64,000 bases of DNA from positions 1,120,001 through 1,184,000 of the forward strand of contig CAXXLL010000003.1 of NCBI GenBank assembly GCA_963662545.2. Reading direction: 5' to 3'. This DNA is from Gammaproteobacteria bacterium (GTDB lineage: Bacteria > Pseudomonadota > Gammaproteobacteria > Ga0077536). Below are positions 1 to 11,139 of the stretch, one piece after another; position 1 is the first letter of the stretch, and the number at the start of each line of letters is the position of its first letter. Under the pieces are notes generated by a model, which searched no databases, was not told where the DNA came from, and saw only the letters and a program-made list of their open reading frames with translations. A program made the position numbers and the translations under genes.

Positions 1-1
1 A

Positions 2-205
2 ATGGTCGCGATCGGCGAGGAATCGGGCGCACTCGACACGATGCTTGGGAAGATCGCGGACTGGTACGAGCAGGAAGTGGATGACGCCGTCGATGCGCTG
101 ACGAGCTTGCTAGAACCGCTGATCATGGCCGTACTGGGCGTCCTCATCGGCGGCCTGGTCATTGCCATGTACCTGCCCATATTCAAGATGGGTCAAGTCA
201 TCTAA
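2..205 (+). CDS. pilC: Type IV pilus inner-membrane platform protein PilC, C-terminal part (truncated by window edge)
   Basis: GEESGALD...LTSLLEP...AMYLPIF is the PilC/GspF C-terminus; followed by pilD-coaE. Confidence 0.93.
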   Translation: MVAIGEESGALDTMLGKIADWYEQEVDDAVDALTSLLEPLIMAVLGVLIGGLVIAMYLPIFKMGQVI

Positions 206-292
206 GGCGGCCCGCGGGCGTATCCGACAAACTGTCTTTCGCCTGTCTCGCCCCCCTGGCAGTTGACGCGCCAACCGGCGGTCCGCTAAACG

Positions 293-1195
293 ATGGACCT
301 GGTCACGATCTTTGATTCCGAACCGTACCTTCTCGTTGGTGCGATGGTGGCCCTCGGGCTACTAGTCGGAAGTTTCCTCAACGTCGTCATTCTGAGACTT
401 CCCGTGGTCATGGAGCGCGAATGGAAATCCGAATGCCGCGCCCTGCTGGAGATCGATGGTGTTGAGGCGGGATCCGAACCGTTCGATCTAATACGTCCGC
501 GTTCCCGATGTCCGAATTGTCAAAATCTGATCACCGCATGGGACAATATTCCGGTCTTCAGCTATATCCTCTTGCAGGGAAAATGTCGCCATTGCAGCGC
601 TCCGATTTCGCCGCGCTACCCTACTATTGAATTGCTGGCCGGCTTCGCGGCCGGCTACGCCGCCTGGCATTTCGGCGTTCGCAGCGATCCGCTCACCATT
701 GAGCTACTAGCCAAAAGCCTGGCGGCCGCGTTTTTTGTGTGGGCGCTTATCGCGCTTACCGTCATCGACCTCGACACCCAGATGCTGCCGGACAGCATTA
801 CCTACCCCCTTCTGTGGGCCGGCATAGGTCTTGGATTCTTCGGGCTGTTCGCCGGCGACCTGCAGGCGGCCGTTCTGGGCGCTATGCTCGGTTACCTGAG
901 CTTGTGGAGCGTCTACTGGGCCTTCAGACTCATCACCGGAAAAGAGGGGATGGGTTACGGCGACTTCAAGCTACTGGCCGCTCTCGGCGCCTGGATGGGA
1001 TGGCAGGCGCTCCCCGCCATCATCCTCATTTCCTCGGCCCTTGGCGCCCTGATCGGCGTGACGATGATCGTGACCGGTCTCATCAAGCGCTCTGAACCGA
1101 TACCCTTCGGGCCCTATCTCGCGTTGGCCGGCGTCGTCGCGCTCTTCTGGGAGCAGCCGCTGGCGCGATTGTTCACGGGCTCGGTCGTCCTCTAG
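293..1195 (+). CDS. pilD: Prepilin peptidase/N-methyltransferase PilD
   Basis: GSFLNVVI, CPNC/CRHC Zn motifs, GMGYGDFKL, IPFGPYL. Confidence 0.96.
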   Translation: MDLVTIFDSEPYLLVGAMVALGLLVGSFLNVVILRLPVVMEREWKSECRALLEIDGVEAGSEPFDLIRPRSRCPNCQNLITAWDNIPVFSYILLQGKCRHCSAPISPRYPTIELLAGFAAGYAAWHFGVRSDPLTIELLAKSLAAAFFVWALIALTVIDLDTQMLPDSITYPLLWAGIGLGFFGLFAGDLQAAVLGAMLGYLSLWSVYWAFRLITGKEGMGYGDFKLLAALGAWMGWQALPAIILISSALGALIGVTMIVTGLIKRSEPIPFGPYLALAGVVALFWEQPLARLFTGSVVL

Positions 1196-1806
1196 TGCGG
1201 GCTTATATTGTAGGCGTAACCGGTGGGATAGGGTCCGGAAAAACAACCGTTTGTGATGAATTCGCCGGGTGCCACCGGCGCACGGTGATCGACGCCGACA
1301 TCGTCGCCCGGGAAGTCGTCGAACCCGGCCAAACAGCCCTGGCGGAAATCGTCGACGCCTTTGGTGCAGACGTACTGGACGCTACCGGGCGCCTGGACCG
1401 CGCCCACTTGAAGCGCATGATTTTTGCCGATGAAACCAGGCGCAACCGCTTGGAGCATCTGCTGCATCCAAGGATACGGGCCCGCATAGAATCAAAGGTC
1501 GATGCCGTCGACGATGATTATTGCCTTCTTTGCATACCACTGCTCGCGGAAGGTAAAGCTTACGAGTTGATCGATCGAATCCTGGTGATCGATTGCCCTG
1601 AATCGCTGCAGCTCGCTCGCGTTCAGCAACGCGACGATTTGACAGAGCAGGAAGTCACCGCAATCATGCGCACACAGGCGTCGCGAAAGGCACGTTTACA
1701 AATAGCTGACGACGTCATTCTAAACGACAGTGATACCGCGCAACTTGCCGATCGCGTCGAAGAACTTCATCATTCTTACGTAAAGCTTGCGGCATCGAGA
1801 GCATGA
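1195..1806 (+). CDS. coaE: Dephospho-CoA kinase
   Basis: GVTGGIGSGKTT P-loop, IDADIVAREVV, HPRI; pilD-coaE-zapD synteny. Confidence 0.96.
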   Translation: MRAYIVGVTGGIGSGKTTVCDEFAGCHRRTVIDADIVAREVVEPGQTALAEIVDAFGADVLDATGRLDRAHLKRMIFADETRRNRLEHLLHPRIRARIESKVDAVDDDYCLLCIPLLAEGKAYELIDRILVIDCPESLQLARVQQRDDLTEQEVTAIMRTQASRKARLQIADDVILNDSDTAQLADRVEELHHSYVKLAASRA

Positions 1807-1819
1807 AAGTGACCTGCCA

Positions 1820-2635
1820 ATGATTGCAGAGGATTCCGGAAAGCAGGCCAGTCTATTTCCCGAATCCGGTCACGCGATAGCGTATGAACAACCGCTCAAT
1901 GAGCGCATACGCAATTGCCTGCGTTTAGAACACCTTTTCTTTGGCATTGAGTTCGGAATAAACGGTGGTAGCGCCTGGGACGCGCGTGACGCCCTCGCGC
2001 GGATGCTCGAGGTCAGCGATTATCTGATCAGGACGGATATCAAGGCTGAATTGATCAAGGAACTCGAACGCGAGATCTCGACGTTTAACGGCTTGCGTAA
2101 TAATCCTGGCGTAAGCCCTGAAGCGCTGGACATAACGATCTCCACGATTAACGACGTGCTGATGAAACTGAAGTCGCCTGGTTGCCAGCCAGGGAATGCT
2201 CTTCGCAACGACGATCTTGCCAATCAGGTCAGACAACGCATAAGTATTCCCGGCGGCACCTGCAATTTTGATCTGCCCGCCCTGCATTTCTGGCTAAATA
2301 TAGAGCCTCGCGTACGCGCCGAGCATATGAACGCCTGGATGGACGATCTCCAAATCATTGATACAGCGACCCGGACCATCTTGAAATTGATACGCAGCAG
2401 CAGTAATCCGAGAATGGTAACTGCCAAAGAAGGGTTTTATCAACAACAAATTGACTCTGCGTCGCCGTGCCAGATCGTGCGCGTTGTGGTGGATCCATCT
2501 GTCGATCTATTTCCGGAGATCAGCGGCGGGAAGCATCGTTTTACGATTCGGTTTTATACACAGCACGGCACCTCAGATCGCCCGGTACAAGTCAAAAGCG
2601 ACACCGAATTCGAACTGCATTGCTGCGGCATTTAA
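1820..2635 (+). CDS. zapD: Cell division protein ZapD (start chosen at ATG 1820; frame open from 1787)
   Basis: YEQPLNERIR..LRLEHLF, SIPGGTCNFDLP, FPEISGGKHRFTIRF. Confidence 0.93.
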   Translation: MIAEDSGKQASLFPESGHAIAYEQPLNERIRNCLRLEHLFFGIEFGINGGSAWDARDALARMLEVSDYLIRTDIKAELIKELEREISTFNGLRNNPGVSPEALDITISTINDVLMKLKSPGCQPGNALRNDDLANQVRQRISIPGGTCNFDLPALHFWLNIEPRVRAEHMNAWMDDLQIIDTATRTILKLIRSSSNPRMVTAKEGFYQQQIDSASPCQIVRVVVDPSVDLFPEISGGKHRFTIRFYTQHGTSDRPVQVKSDTEFELHCCGI

Positions 2636-2750
2636 GCCGCTTATTGCACGAAACCGGCTGGAGCAGGGACGCGCGCGCGCAACGTGCGGATCGACGCCCG
2701 CGGTAGATAAGGTAATACAATTTGCGCACCCACTGATTGAAATCGATCGG

Positions 2751-3812
2751 TCATCCAATAGGGGGCCGATCCATTCGACTTCGTTTGACGTAAGCCGATG
2801 CCAGTAACGATTCGAGGCATTTTTCGAGAACGTGCCCCGGATCGGTTTCATCCCACAGACCGCGCATCATTGCGACCCCCTGGCAACCCGCCCGCAGCGC
2901 GAGGCGGGTGTCGTCCGCGTGCATACCGCCCAGGGCGAAAACAGGCACGTTCGCGCGCCGGACGAACTGTCGCAACCGATGCCAGCCAAGGATTTGCCCG
3001 TCGGGATGAGACTGCGTTTTGTGCACCGGTGACAGGTATACAAAATCGACGCCAAGGCGTTCGGCGTGCTGCAATTCGGCGATGTTATGGCACGAGGCGC
3101 TCACTATGAAATCGCCACCCAGGGGACGTTCGGAAAGCTGCAGCAGCCGTCGGGCGTTCAAGTGAAGACCGTGTGCTCCTGCGTGCAGGATATCACTGGT
3201 CAGTCCGTTGATGAGCAGTTTCGCAGCATAACGATTGCACAATGAAACTGCTTCGCGATGGAGACGGCGGACTTTAGCAACGTTACCCGGTTCCAAGCGG
3301 AGTTGGACCAACTCGACGCCACCATCGAGGCAACGTTCCAAAACTTGAAGGAATGCACCGGCGTCCGTGTGCAACGACGGGGTGATCAGGGCAGTTCTCG
3401 GCAAACTAAGCGCTTTTGTAATTGGTAAATTCGCCTCAGGAAAATGGATTTCGGAGAGGTCAGCGGGCTTAACCCAGCGGATTTGCTGTCCCTCCCGGCC
3501 GACGGGTTCCCCACTCCACTCCGTTACCTCGAGGACTTCCAGATCGACCCGCTTGTCCGGGTATTGATATAAGACACGAATCAAGGGCGTTCCCCGCTTA
3601 ATGCCTATACCCAATTCTTCATGAAGTTCACGCGCAAGCGCATCGATCTGGCGTTCCCGGTTTTCGAGCTTGCCGCCAGGAAACTCCCACAAACCACCCT
3701 GATCGCCACCCGATGATCTCAGTCCCAGGAGGATGGCACCGTCGCGGCGTCGAATAACGGCCGCGGCGACATGCACCGGCCGGTGCGTATTCGTTTCCGG
3801 CTCACTTCGCAT
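2751..3812 (-). CDS. mutT: 8-oxo-dGTP diphosphatase MutT fused to a thiamine-phosphate-synthase-like TIM barrel
   Basis: Nudix box WEFPGGK..ALARELHEELG; C-terminal VQLR, GLHL, SCHN, SPV..TQSHP, ALGG; secA-argJ-mutT synteny. Confidence 0.88.
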   Translation of the reverse strand: MRSEPETNTHRPVHVAAAVIRRRDGAILLGLRSSGGDQGGLWEFPGGKLENRERQIDALARELHEELGIGIKRGTPLIRVLYQYPDKRVDLEVLEVTEWSGEPVGREGQQIRWVKPADLSEIHFPEANLPITKALSLPRTALITPSLHTDAGAFLQVLERCLDGGVELVQLRLEPGNVAKVRRLHREAVSLCNRYAAKLLINGLTSDILHAGAHGLHLNARRLLQLSERPLGGDFIVSASCHNIAELQHAERLGVDFVYLSPVHKTQSHPDGQILGWHRLRQFVRRANVPVFALGGMHADDTRLALRAGCQGVAMMRGLWDETDPGHVLEKCLESLLASAYVKRSRMDRPPIG

Positions 3813-3858
3813 CTTGCCCGCGAAAACATTCTGAATTATCCGGGCGCATATCCATTAG

Positions 3859-4020
3859 GGAACTTCTGAGTAAGTCATGGTGCGTCTGAATTGTTCATGA
3901 AATCGTGCAGATCAAGGCACGAATCACAGGCCATAGCGGGGACTATGGGCAAGGTTCGTAACGTAAGACTCCGCGATTTCATGGGCACGGCAGGTTTGCC
4001 ATGACTTATTCAGAGGTTCC
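3859..4020 (+). mobile_element. MITE family A copy 1 (162 bp, IS5-like ends)
   Basis: 22-bp TIR GGAACTTCTGAGTAAGTCATGG / CCATGACTTATTCAGAGGTTCC flanked by TTAG duplication (3855-58, 4021-24); four more copies in window. Confidence 0.88.
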
Positions 4021-4029
4021 TTAGCCTGA

Positions 4030-5247
4030 TTAACTTCGATATTCGGCGTTAATCTTTACATAATCGTACGAAAAATCGCAGGTCCAGACCGACGCGGCCG
4101 CGGAACCACGACCGATCTCGATTGAGATATCGATATCATCGCACTTCATCAAGGCTGCCGCCCTCGATTCATCGTAATCGCGAACGCGTTCCCCACCTGC
4201 AACGATGCAATATCCGGAAATCTTGATCGAAACTTCGTCGATGCGCATGTCATCGATGCCGGCCCGCCCGATTGCCGCTAGGATTCGCCCCCAGTTCGGA
4301 TCGCTGGCGAACAGAGCCGTTTTAACCAGCGGTGATTCGGCGACGGTATAGGCGACCTGCAGGCAGTCCTCTTCATGTTTACCGCCTAGCACGTGAACGC
4401 TGATGAACTTAGTGGCTCCTTCTCCATCACGCACGATATCCTGCGCGAGACTTCGACATACGCGCGCGACCGCAGCGGCCAAGGCTGAATAATGCGGGTG
4501 ATCGCCGACGTCGATTAGTTCTCCTTCACTTTGCCCGGTCGCAATCAAGGTGAAGGCGTCGTTAGTCGAGGTATCACCGTCCACACTGATGCGATTGAAA
4601 CTCTGGTTTGCGCTGTCATTGGCAATAGTTTGTAAAAGGTCCGGCGCCACGGCTGCATCCGTCGCCACATAGGCCAGCATCGTCGCCATATCCGGGCGGA
4701 TCATGCCGCTGCCCTTGGCAATTCCCGTCACCGTGTAGAGAACTTCGCCGCACCGTACCCGAATGCTTCTCACTTTCGGTACCGTATCGGTCGTCATGAT
4801 CGCAGCGGCCGCAGCTGCCCAATTGTCTGCGGATAATGAAGAGAGAAGCTCGGGTACCAGATTTTCTATCGGGCCGATGTCTAGCTGTTCACCGATAACA
4901 CCGGTAGAAAAAGGGAGGACCGCCTCCGGGGTACAACCCGCGCTTTGCGAAACCGCCTCGCATATGCCTATGGCGCGACGTTCTCCCTCGGTTCCGGTAC
5001 CGGCATTGGCGTTGCCGGCATTGATAATCAGATATCGGGTCCCGCCGGCCCGCAGATGTCGTCGAGCCACTGAAACTGGCGCTGCGGAAAACTTGTTTTT
5101 CGTAAACAAGCAATGAACGTTCGCGGATTCGGCAATCTCAATGACGCACAAATCGTCGCGATTTACATACTTGATCCCCGTTGCGCCGTGTGCGAGGCGA
5201 ATACCCGCGACAACGAATGGCTTCTGTTGAGGCGCCAGATCGGCCAC
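4030..5247 (-). CDS. argJ: Bifunctional glutamate N-acetyltransferase/amino-acid acetyltransferase ArgJ (start at GTG 5247 inferred)
   Basis: NAGNANAGTG, STGVIG, IMTTDT, KGSGMIRPDMATML, DGEGATK, YVKINAEYRS. Confidence 0.96.
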   Translation of the reverse strand: MADLAPQQKPFVVAGIRLAHGATGIKYVNRDDLCVIEIAESANVHCLFTKNKFSAAPVSVARRHLRAGGTRYLIINAGNANAGTGTEGERRAIGICEAVSQSAGCTPEAVLPFSTGVIGEQLDIGPIENLVPELLSSLSADNWAAAAAAIMTTDTVPKVRSIRVRCGEVLYTVTGIAKGSGMIRPDMATMLAYVATDAAVAPDLLQTIANDSANQSFNRISVDGDTSTNDAFTLIATGQSEGELIDVGDHPHYSALAAAVARVCRSLAQDIVRDGEGATKFISVHVLGGKHEEDCLQVAYTVAESPLVKTALFASDPNWGRILAAIGRAGIDDMRIDEVSIKISGYCIVAGGERVRDYDESRAAALMKCDDIDISIEIGRGSAAASVWTCDFSYDYVKINAEYRS

Positions 5248-5263
5248 GGGATCCGAAATTGGA

Positions 5264-7996
5264 TCAACTGAGTTTTCCATGGCATTGCTTGAATTTCTTG
5301 CCCGAACCGCAGGGGCACGGTTCATTGCGGCCAATTTTCCGTCCTTGTCTTACATAAGGCGTGTTTTGCCCGGCTTCGGCAGGGGGCGCTGATTCCGCAT
5401 TTTCGGAAGATTGATACTGGTAATGCTGTTCCGAAGTCCGACGATTCTGCTCTTCAACGGCATCGACGTCGTCCCGTGCCTTGACTTCGACTTTGGACAG
5501 GATGCCGATTACATCACGGGTAATTTCCTGGAGCAGCCTTTCGAACATGTGGAAGGCTTCGCGCTTGTACTCCTGCTTGGGGTTTTTCTGTGCAAATCCC
5601 CGCAGATGAATACCCTGGCGCAGATAATCCATCGCTCCCAGGTGTTCCTTCCAATGCGCGTCGAGAATCTGCAGCATGATGGCCTTTTCGAAATTGCGGA
5701 GCACTTCCGAACCTGCCAGTTCTTCCTTGTGAGCGTACGACTGTTCGATTTCTTCCAGAATTCGGACGCGAATCTGGTCTTCCTCGAGGTCTTCCTCGGC
5801 ATCCAGCCATGCCTGGACGGCGACTTTTGTAGCGAACTCCTGGTCCAATGCATTGACCAGCCCGGCCACGTCCCAGTCGTCTTCAAAGCTCCTGGGTGGG
5901 ATGTAAGTATCGGTCAAATCGTTGACCACATCGTGTCGGATACCACGAATATTTTCCGAAATATCTTCCGCTTCCATTAAATCGCGACGCTGTTCGTAAA
6001 TGTGTTTGCGCTGATCATTCGCGACGTCGTCGAATTCTAGAAGCTGCTTGCGGATATCGAAGTTCCGACCTTCGACTTTTCGCTGGGCATTCTCGATCGC
6101 CTTGGTGACCCATTGGTGTTCGATCGCTTCGCCCTCTTCCATGCCGAGCTTCTGCATCAGTCCGCTCACGCGTTCTGATGCAAATATTCTCATCAGGCTA
6201 TCCTCTAGGGAAAGGTAAAACCGGCTCGATCCCGGATCACCCTGGCGGCCCGCGCGGCCCCTCAACTGATTATCGATACGACGGGATTCGTGACGTTCGG
6301 TACCGGTGATATGCAATCCCCCGGCAGCAATAACTTCGTCATGCCGTACCTGCCATGCAGATCGAACCGCTTTGATTTGTTCTTCCGTGGGTTTGTCGAG
6401 TTCGGCAAGCTCTGCCTCGAGGTTGCCTCCGAGCACGATATCCGTCCCTCGACCGGCCATGTTCGTTGCCACCGTCACACTGCCCGGCGCACCGGCTTGC
6501 GCTACGATGTGGGCCTCTTTCTCGTGAAATTTCGCGTTCAATACCTGGTGCTTGATTCCCTTTTTACGCAAAAGGCCCGACAGGTATTCACTGGTTTCGA
6601 TTGACGTCGTACCAACCAACACAGGTTGTCGATGCTCGGTGCAGTACTTGATGTCCTCGATGATCGCGTTGTATTTTTCCTTGGCGGTCAGATAGATCAA
6701 GTCCCCACGGTCGTCGCGGATCATAATTTTGTCGGTCGGGATGACGACGACTTCGAGGCCATATATTTCCTGAAATTCGTATGCTTCAGTATCCGCCGTG
6801 CCGGTCATTCCTGACATCGTTTCGTACAAGCGAAAATAATTTTGATACGTAATCGACGCCAGGGTCTGATTTTCCTGCTGGATTGCAACACCTTCCTTCG
6901 CTTCCACCGCCTGGTGCAGACCTTCGGACCAGCGGCGCCCTGGCATGGTACGACCGGTAAACTCATCTACGATCACTATTTCGCCGTCGTTGACGACGTA
7001 ATCCACGTCCCGCTGGAAAAGCGCGTGTGCCCGAATCGCCGCGTATACATGATGCATCAGGGAGATGTTACCCGCGCTATAAAGGCTGTCACCCTCCTGC
7101 AACATGCCGTTTTTGACCAGCAGTACCTCTACCTTTTCGTGCCCGTCCTCGGTGAGATACACTTGGCGCGACTTCTCGTCGACGGTGTAATCTCCCTCTC
7201 CTTCTTCTTCATCTTCGACCTGCTGATCCTGTCGCTGCAAATGAGGGATCAGTGCATTGATCCGGGTGTACAGATCACTTCGATCGTCGGTGGGTCCCGA
7301 AATAATCAGCGGCGTACGCGCCTCGTCGATGAGAATGGAATCAACTTCGTCGACTACTGCGAACACCAGATCCCGCTGCACCCGCTGCTCTGTCGCAAAT
7401 ACCATATTGTCGCGGAGATAATCGAAGCCGAATTCGTTGTTCGTTCCATAGGTAACGTCGCATTGATACGCCCGCTGGCGTTCCTCGCCGATCATGCCTC
7501 CCAGCACCACACCGACCGACATATTCAGGGCGCTGTAGATCTTGCCCATCCATTCGGCGTCACGCTTCGCCAAATAGTCGTTCACCGTAACGACGTGTAC
7601 GCTGCGTCCTGAAAGGGCGTTGAGGTAGCATGGCAGTGTAGCGACCAGCGTTTTACCTTCGCCTGTTCGCATCTCGGCGATTTTGCCTTGATGTAAAACC
7701 ATCCCCCCGATGAGTTGTACGTCGAAATGACGCATGTCGAGGGTTCGTTTGGCGGCTTCCCGGACTACCGCGAACGCCTCTGGAAGCAGGTCTTCGAGCG
7801 TCTCACCCTTAGAGATCCGACTCTTAAATTCCGTCGTCTCGGCCCGTAACTGTTCGTCGCTCAAGGCCGCCATTTTAGGTTCGATCTCGTTGATAGTCTC
7901 GACCGTTTTCTGCATACGCTTCAGCAGTCGGTCATTCCGGCTGCCGAAAACTGATCTCATCAGTCTGAGTGGTAGGATATTTGAGGATACGGCCAT
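5264..7996 (-). CDS. secA: Preprotein translocase ATPase SecA
   Basis: [33 protein letters not shown]-terminal [13 protein letters not shown]. Confidence 0.99.
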   Translation of the reverse strand: MAVSSNILPLRLMRSVFGSRNDRLLKRMQKTVETINEIEPKMAALSDEQLRAETTEFKSRISKGETLEDLLPEAFAVVREAAKRTLDMRHFDVQLIGGMVLHQGKIAEMRTGEGKTLVATLPCYLNALSGRSVHVVTVNDYLAKRDAEWMGKIYSALNMSVGVVLGGMIGEERQRAYQCDVTYGTNNEFGFDYLRDNMVFATEQRVQRDLVFAVVDEVDSILIDEARTPLIISGPTDDRSDLYTRINALIPHLQRQDQQVEDEEEGEGDYTVDEKSRQVYLTEDGHEKVEVLLVKNGMLQEGDSLYSAGNISLMHHVYAAIRAHALFQRDVDYVVNDGEIVIVDEFTGRTMPGRRWSEGLHQAVEAKEGVAIQQENQTLASITYQNYFRLYETMSGMTGTADTEAYEFQEIYGLEVVVIPTDKIMIRDDRGDLIYLTAKEKYNAIIEDIKYCTEHRQPVLVGTTSIETSEYLSGLLRKKGIKHQVLNAKFHEKEAHIVAQAGAPGSVTVATNMAGRGTDIVLGGNLEAELAELDKPTEEQIKAVRSAWQVRHDEVIAAGGLHITGTERHESRRIDNQLRGRAGRQGDPGSSRFYLSLEDSLMRIFASERVSGLMQKLGMEEGEAIEHQWVTKAIENAQRKVEGRNFDIRKQLLEFDDVANDQRKHIYEQRRDLMEAEDISENIRGIRHDVVNDLTDTYIPPRSFEDDWDVAGLVNALDQEFATKVAVQAWLDAEEDLEEDQIRVRILEEIEQSYAHKEELAGSEVLRNFEKAIMLQILDAHWKEHLGAMDYLRQGIHLRGFAQKNPKQEYKREAFHMFERLLQEITRDVIGILSKVEVKARDDVDAVEEQNRRTSEQHYQYQSSENAESAPPAEAGQNTPYVRQGRKIGRNEPCPCGSGKKFKQCHGKLS

Positions 7997-8020
7997 GCGA
8001 TAGATTGATCGAAGAATTAA

Positions 8021-8185
8021 CGGGATGGCGAAAAACGTCTACCTGACATCGTTCACCTCCCTGGCACCGAATACGAAGTTTTCATCAAGCTCCACCCGTC
8101 ATGCGTTCAAGTGCTCGATGGTCACCGAGAGATCCAATTACCGGAGTCAGACTGGCGGATTTTCAGGTCTATTTTCCAACTCATC
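8021..8185 (+). repeat. MITE family C, degenerate copy (right end uncertain)
   Basis: Starts after TTAA; first ~70 bp align with 8329-8400 (GAAAAAYGTCTWCCTGACAT..TTCACCTC). Confidence 0.55.
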
Positions 8186-8328
8186 AAAGCGTCGGAACCG
8201 CTCCGCGCAGCGCGAGGCAGCGCGGCCTATTGTACCAAACGGAAGGGGAAGCCGGTTGGAGGCTGCGACCGGTTCCGGGCTTCGGCCGGGCGGTCGTGTA
8301 CCAACCGCCGATTAGGAGAATCCTTTAA

Positions 8329-8489
8329 CAGGTTGGTGAAAAATGTCTTCCTGACATTTTTCACCTCGCTACAACGAAAACGCAGTTTCCGTTGCGCTCC
8401 ATCCATCAAGCACTTGACCGCGAGACGGATGCCGCTACGTCCCTGAACCGAACACAGGCTGACGAAAAACGGGGTTTTTCGGCAGCCGG
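8329..8489 (+). mobile_element. MITE family C copy (161 bp)
   Basis: TTAA|CAGGTTGGTGAAAAA ... TTTTTCGGCAGCCGG|CTAA imperfect TIR with YTAA flanks. Confidence 0.6.
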
Positions 8490-9428
8490 CTAATCGGCCG
8501 AGTACTTGCGAATGAATTTCCAGGGATTCACAGTACGATCGTTGCGGACGACTTCGAAATGCACATGCGGGCCGGTAGAACGCCCGGTTGAACCCAGAAG
8601 TGCGACAGCTTGATTCTTCTCCACTTTGTCGCCGAGGCTAACGAGATTCGCGCGATTGTGTGCATAGCGGGTGATCGTTCCATTGCCGTGGTTGAGTTCG
8701 ACCATGTTCCCGTATCCCCAGCGCCGGCCGGACCAGGTCACGACGCCAGCCGCGACCGCGCGTACCTTGACACCCAATTTCCCAGCGAAATCCACACCCG
8801 CGTGAAACTCCTTCCTGCCGGTGACCGGATCGTTGCGGTATCCATATCCCGAAGAGATCCATCCGTCATTCACCGGGCGGCCCTCGGGCTGCATAGAGTC
8901 GCGTAGCTGCATATCCAGAAGCAGCGATTCCAGGGTCGTCAGGCGAGAGTCTCGGAGCCTGATCTCGTCTTTCAGTGCATCCAAGTTCTTAAGCAAGACC
9001 GCCCACTGAGGCGAATTGGAATGCGCGCTCTCGGGTCCACCCACGCCCGGGGCATTGGCGAAATCAAATTCGACCGGATCAAGTTTAGTGGTCGTAATAA
9101 CGCGTTCAGCAACGGCGTCGAGACGCGTGACGTGGCCTTGAAGCTTGCCAACGGTACTCGCCAAGGCACTCAGATCCGCTTCAATGTCCCGCTCCAATCC
9201 GTTGAGGAACTGCCGTTGGCTGATGATTTCCCGCTGCCAGATTTCCGCCGAGCGCTCGGGATCGCTCAAGATCAGTTCAGCCATATCGTCACCGCCCCGG
9301 GCGTATCCCCAGTAGGCGGAATAGCCCGTCGTCGCGATTATCACCGCGGCGCACACAGCGACGGTCACCCACCCCAAGCGGATCCGGGCGGCCGTGCCAC
9401 GTGATTTCGATATAATTAAAAGTTCCAC
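8490..9428 (-). CDS. M23 family metallopeptidase with N-terminal TM and coiled coil (start uncertain, frame open to 9452)
   Basis: HAGVD, YGNMVEL, TRYAH, STGRSTGPHVHFEV; conserved position upstream of secA. Confidence 0.92.
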   Translation of the reverse strand: MELLIISKSRGTAARIRLGWVTVAVCAAVIIATTGYSAYWGYARGGDDMAELILSDPERSAEIWQREIISQRQFLNGLERDIEADLSALASTVGKLQGHVTRLDAVAERVITTTKLDPVEFDFANAPGVGGPESAHSNSPQWAVLLKNLDALKDEIRLRDSRLTTLESLLLDMQLRDSMQPEGRPVNDGWISSGYGYRNDPVTGRKEFHAGVDFAGKLGVKVRAVAAGVVTWSGRRWGYGNMVELNHGNGTITRYAHNRANLVSLGDKVEKNQAVALLGSTGRSTGPHVHFEVVRNDRTVNPWKFIRKYSAD

Positions 9429-9478
9429 AACACTAAGCTGCACCGACCACAAAACGTGGCGCAGAATCAGGCCAGACG

Positions 9479-9916
9479 ATGAAGCTCCCCCACTCGATTT
9501 CCCTTATTGTCACCAAATTTGACCACCTAAAGCAATTGCGTGACCAGGCCGTACGGCTAGATGAACTCGACGATCGCCTTAAAATGCACGTTCCGACGCC
9601 GCTTTCCAAGCATATCCGCCTGGCCACCATACGGGACGGCCTCATGGTCGTTCACGCGGACAGCTCTGCTTGGGCCGCCCAATTACGCTTCAAAACTCCG
9701 GAAATACTGGAGCAGTTGGCGCACGATCCCCTATTCGAGCCGATTCGCAGCATTCGGATCCGCTCAGTGTCTGAAACGGCGCCCGAGGCGCCGATCCGCA
9801 GCCGGCGTAGCATCAGCTCAAAGACCGCCGCCGCGCTCAAAGCTCAGGCGTCCACGATCGCGGACAGTGCGGTGCGCGACGCTCTGATGCGGCTGGCAAT
9901 GCGCGCCAAGGATTGA
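9479..9916 (+). CDS. dciA: DciA/DUF721 family protein (putative replicative helicase loader)
   Basis: LMVVHADSSAWAAQLRF motif; located between lpxC and M23/secA. Confidence 0.8.
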   Translation: MKLPHSISLIVTKFDHLKQLRDQAVRLDELDDRLKMHVPTPLSKHIRLATIRDGLMVVHADSSAWAAQLRFKTPEILEQLAHDPLFEPIRSIRIRSVSETAPEAPIRSRRSISSKTAAALKAQASTIADSAVRDALMRLAMRAKD

Positions 9917-10090
9917 CAGTTTTACGGCATCGAACCGCTTAGCAGAAAAATTCGATATCGATCGCTCCCAACATGAAGAATTTAACGACCCAATCGGACC
10001 CCACATTTGTTCGATGCCCGATACACATCGGGGGCCAAGGCCTTACTTCGGCGATTGATAGTCGGGAGGGAGGCGTATCTAGATCGGTCG

Positions 10091-11002
10091 CTAGTACGCG
10101 GGCATCGGTTGCATGAACGATATCGGTGCTACATCTTCCGATGCGTAGGAAATAACCTCCCACGCGTCTTCAGCGGCCAACATCTTGCGCAACAAACGAT
10201 TATTCAGCTCATGACCGGACTTATAGCCATGAAAGGCCCCGATCAAGCTGTGCCCGAGCAGGTAGAGATCTCCGATAGCGTCCAAAATCTTATGCTTCAC
10301 GAATTCGTCTTCGTAACGCAATCCATCCTCGTTAAGGACACGATAATCATCGACTACGATGGCGTTATCGAGACTCCCCCCGAGCGCAAGATTCTGTTCA
10401 CGCAATAGTTCTACGTCTTTCATGAAGCCGAAGGTCCGCGCTCGACTGACTTCCTTTACAAAAGACGTCGTCGAAAAATCTATTTCGGCATATTTACTGC
10501 GTTGCTGAAAGAACGGATGATCGAACTCGATCTCAAATGAAACTTTGAAACCTTCAAAGGGCTCGAACTTCGCCCACTTGTCGCCGTCCTCGACGGATAT
10601 CTTACGTTTTATGCGGATGAATTCTTTAGCCTTGTTCTGTTCTTCAAACCCGGCCGACTGTATCAGGAATACGAATGGCCCGGCACTCCCGTCCATGATG
10701 GGAACTTCCGCCGCGCTCACGTCGACATAAGCGTTGTCTATTCCGAGTCCCGCAAAAGCAGATAAGAGATGCTCGACCGTGGAAATCCGCACATTGCCCT
10801 TGGCCAGGCTGGTGGACAGGCTGGTGTCGCCGACGTTCTCCGCCCTGGCGACGATTTCGACCGGTGGGGAGAGATCATCACGGCGAAATACGATGCCGGT
10901 ATCCGCCGCCGCCGGCCGCAGTGTAAGAAAAACTTTGCGCCCCGTATGAAGGCCAACACCTGTTGCCCGAATAACGTTCTTCAGGGTTCTTTGTTTTATC
11001 AT
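10091..11002 (-). CDS. lpxC: UDP-3-O-acyl-N-acetylglucosamine deacetylase
   Basis: [30 protein letters not shown]. Confidence 0.98.
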   Translation of the reverse strand: MIKQRTLKNVIRATGVGLHTGRKVFLTLRPAAADTGIVFRRDDLSPPVEIVARAENVGDTSLSTSLAKGNVRISTVEHLLSAFAGLGIDNAYVDVSAAEVPIMDGSAGPFVFLIQSAGFEEQNKAKEFIRIKRKISVEDGDKWAKFEPFEGFKVSFEIEFDHPFFQQRSKYAEIDFSTTSFVKEVSRARTFGFMKDVELLREQNLALGGSLDNAIVVDDYRVLNEDGLRYEDEFVKHKILDAIGDLYLLGHSLIGAFHGYKSGHELNNRLLRKMLAAEDAWEVISYASEDVAPISFMQPMPAY

Positions 11003-11139
11003 TCTCCCCGCTTTCCCCTTAGCAAGACTCATTTTTCGCGGGATGATACCACACGTTCGTAATGTGCGGTAAATCGTGTTTTTCTTTCGACTTTACATCG
11101 GGGACCTAACGCATTTGGCGAGCTAATACACGAACCGTC

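Noticed and set aside
8025-8446. ORFs with similar peptides ([13 protein letters not shown] / LVKNVFLTFFTSL) as a duplicated small gene or SecM-like leader
   Set aside because: On the strand opposite secA, no RBS, and similarity is explained by the DNA repeat
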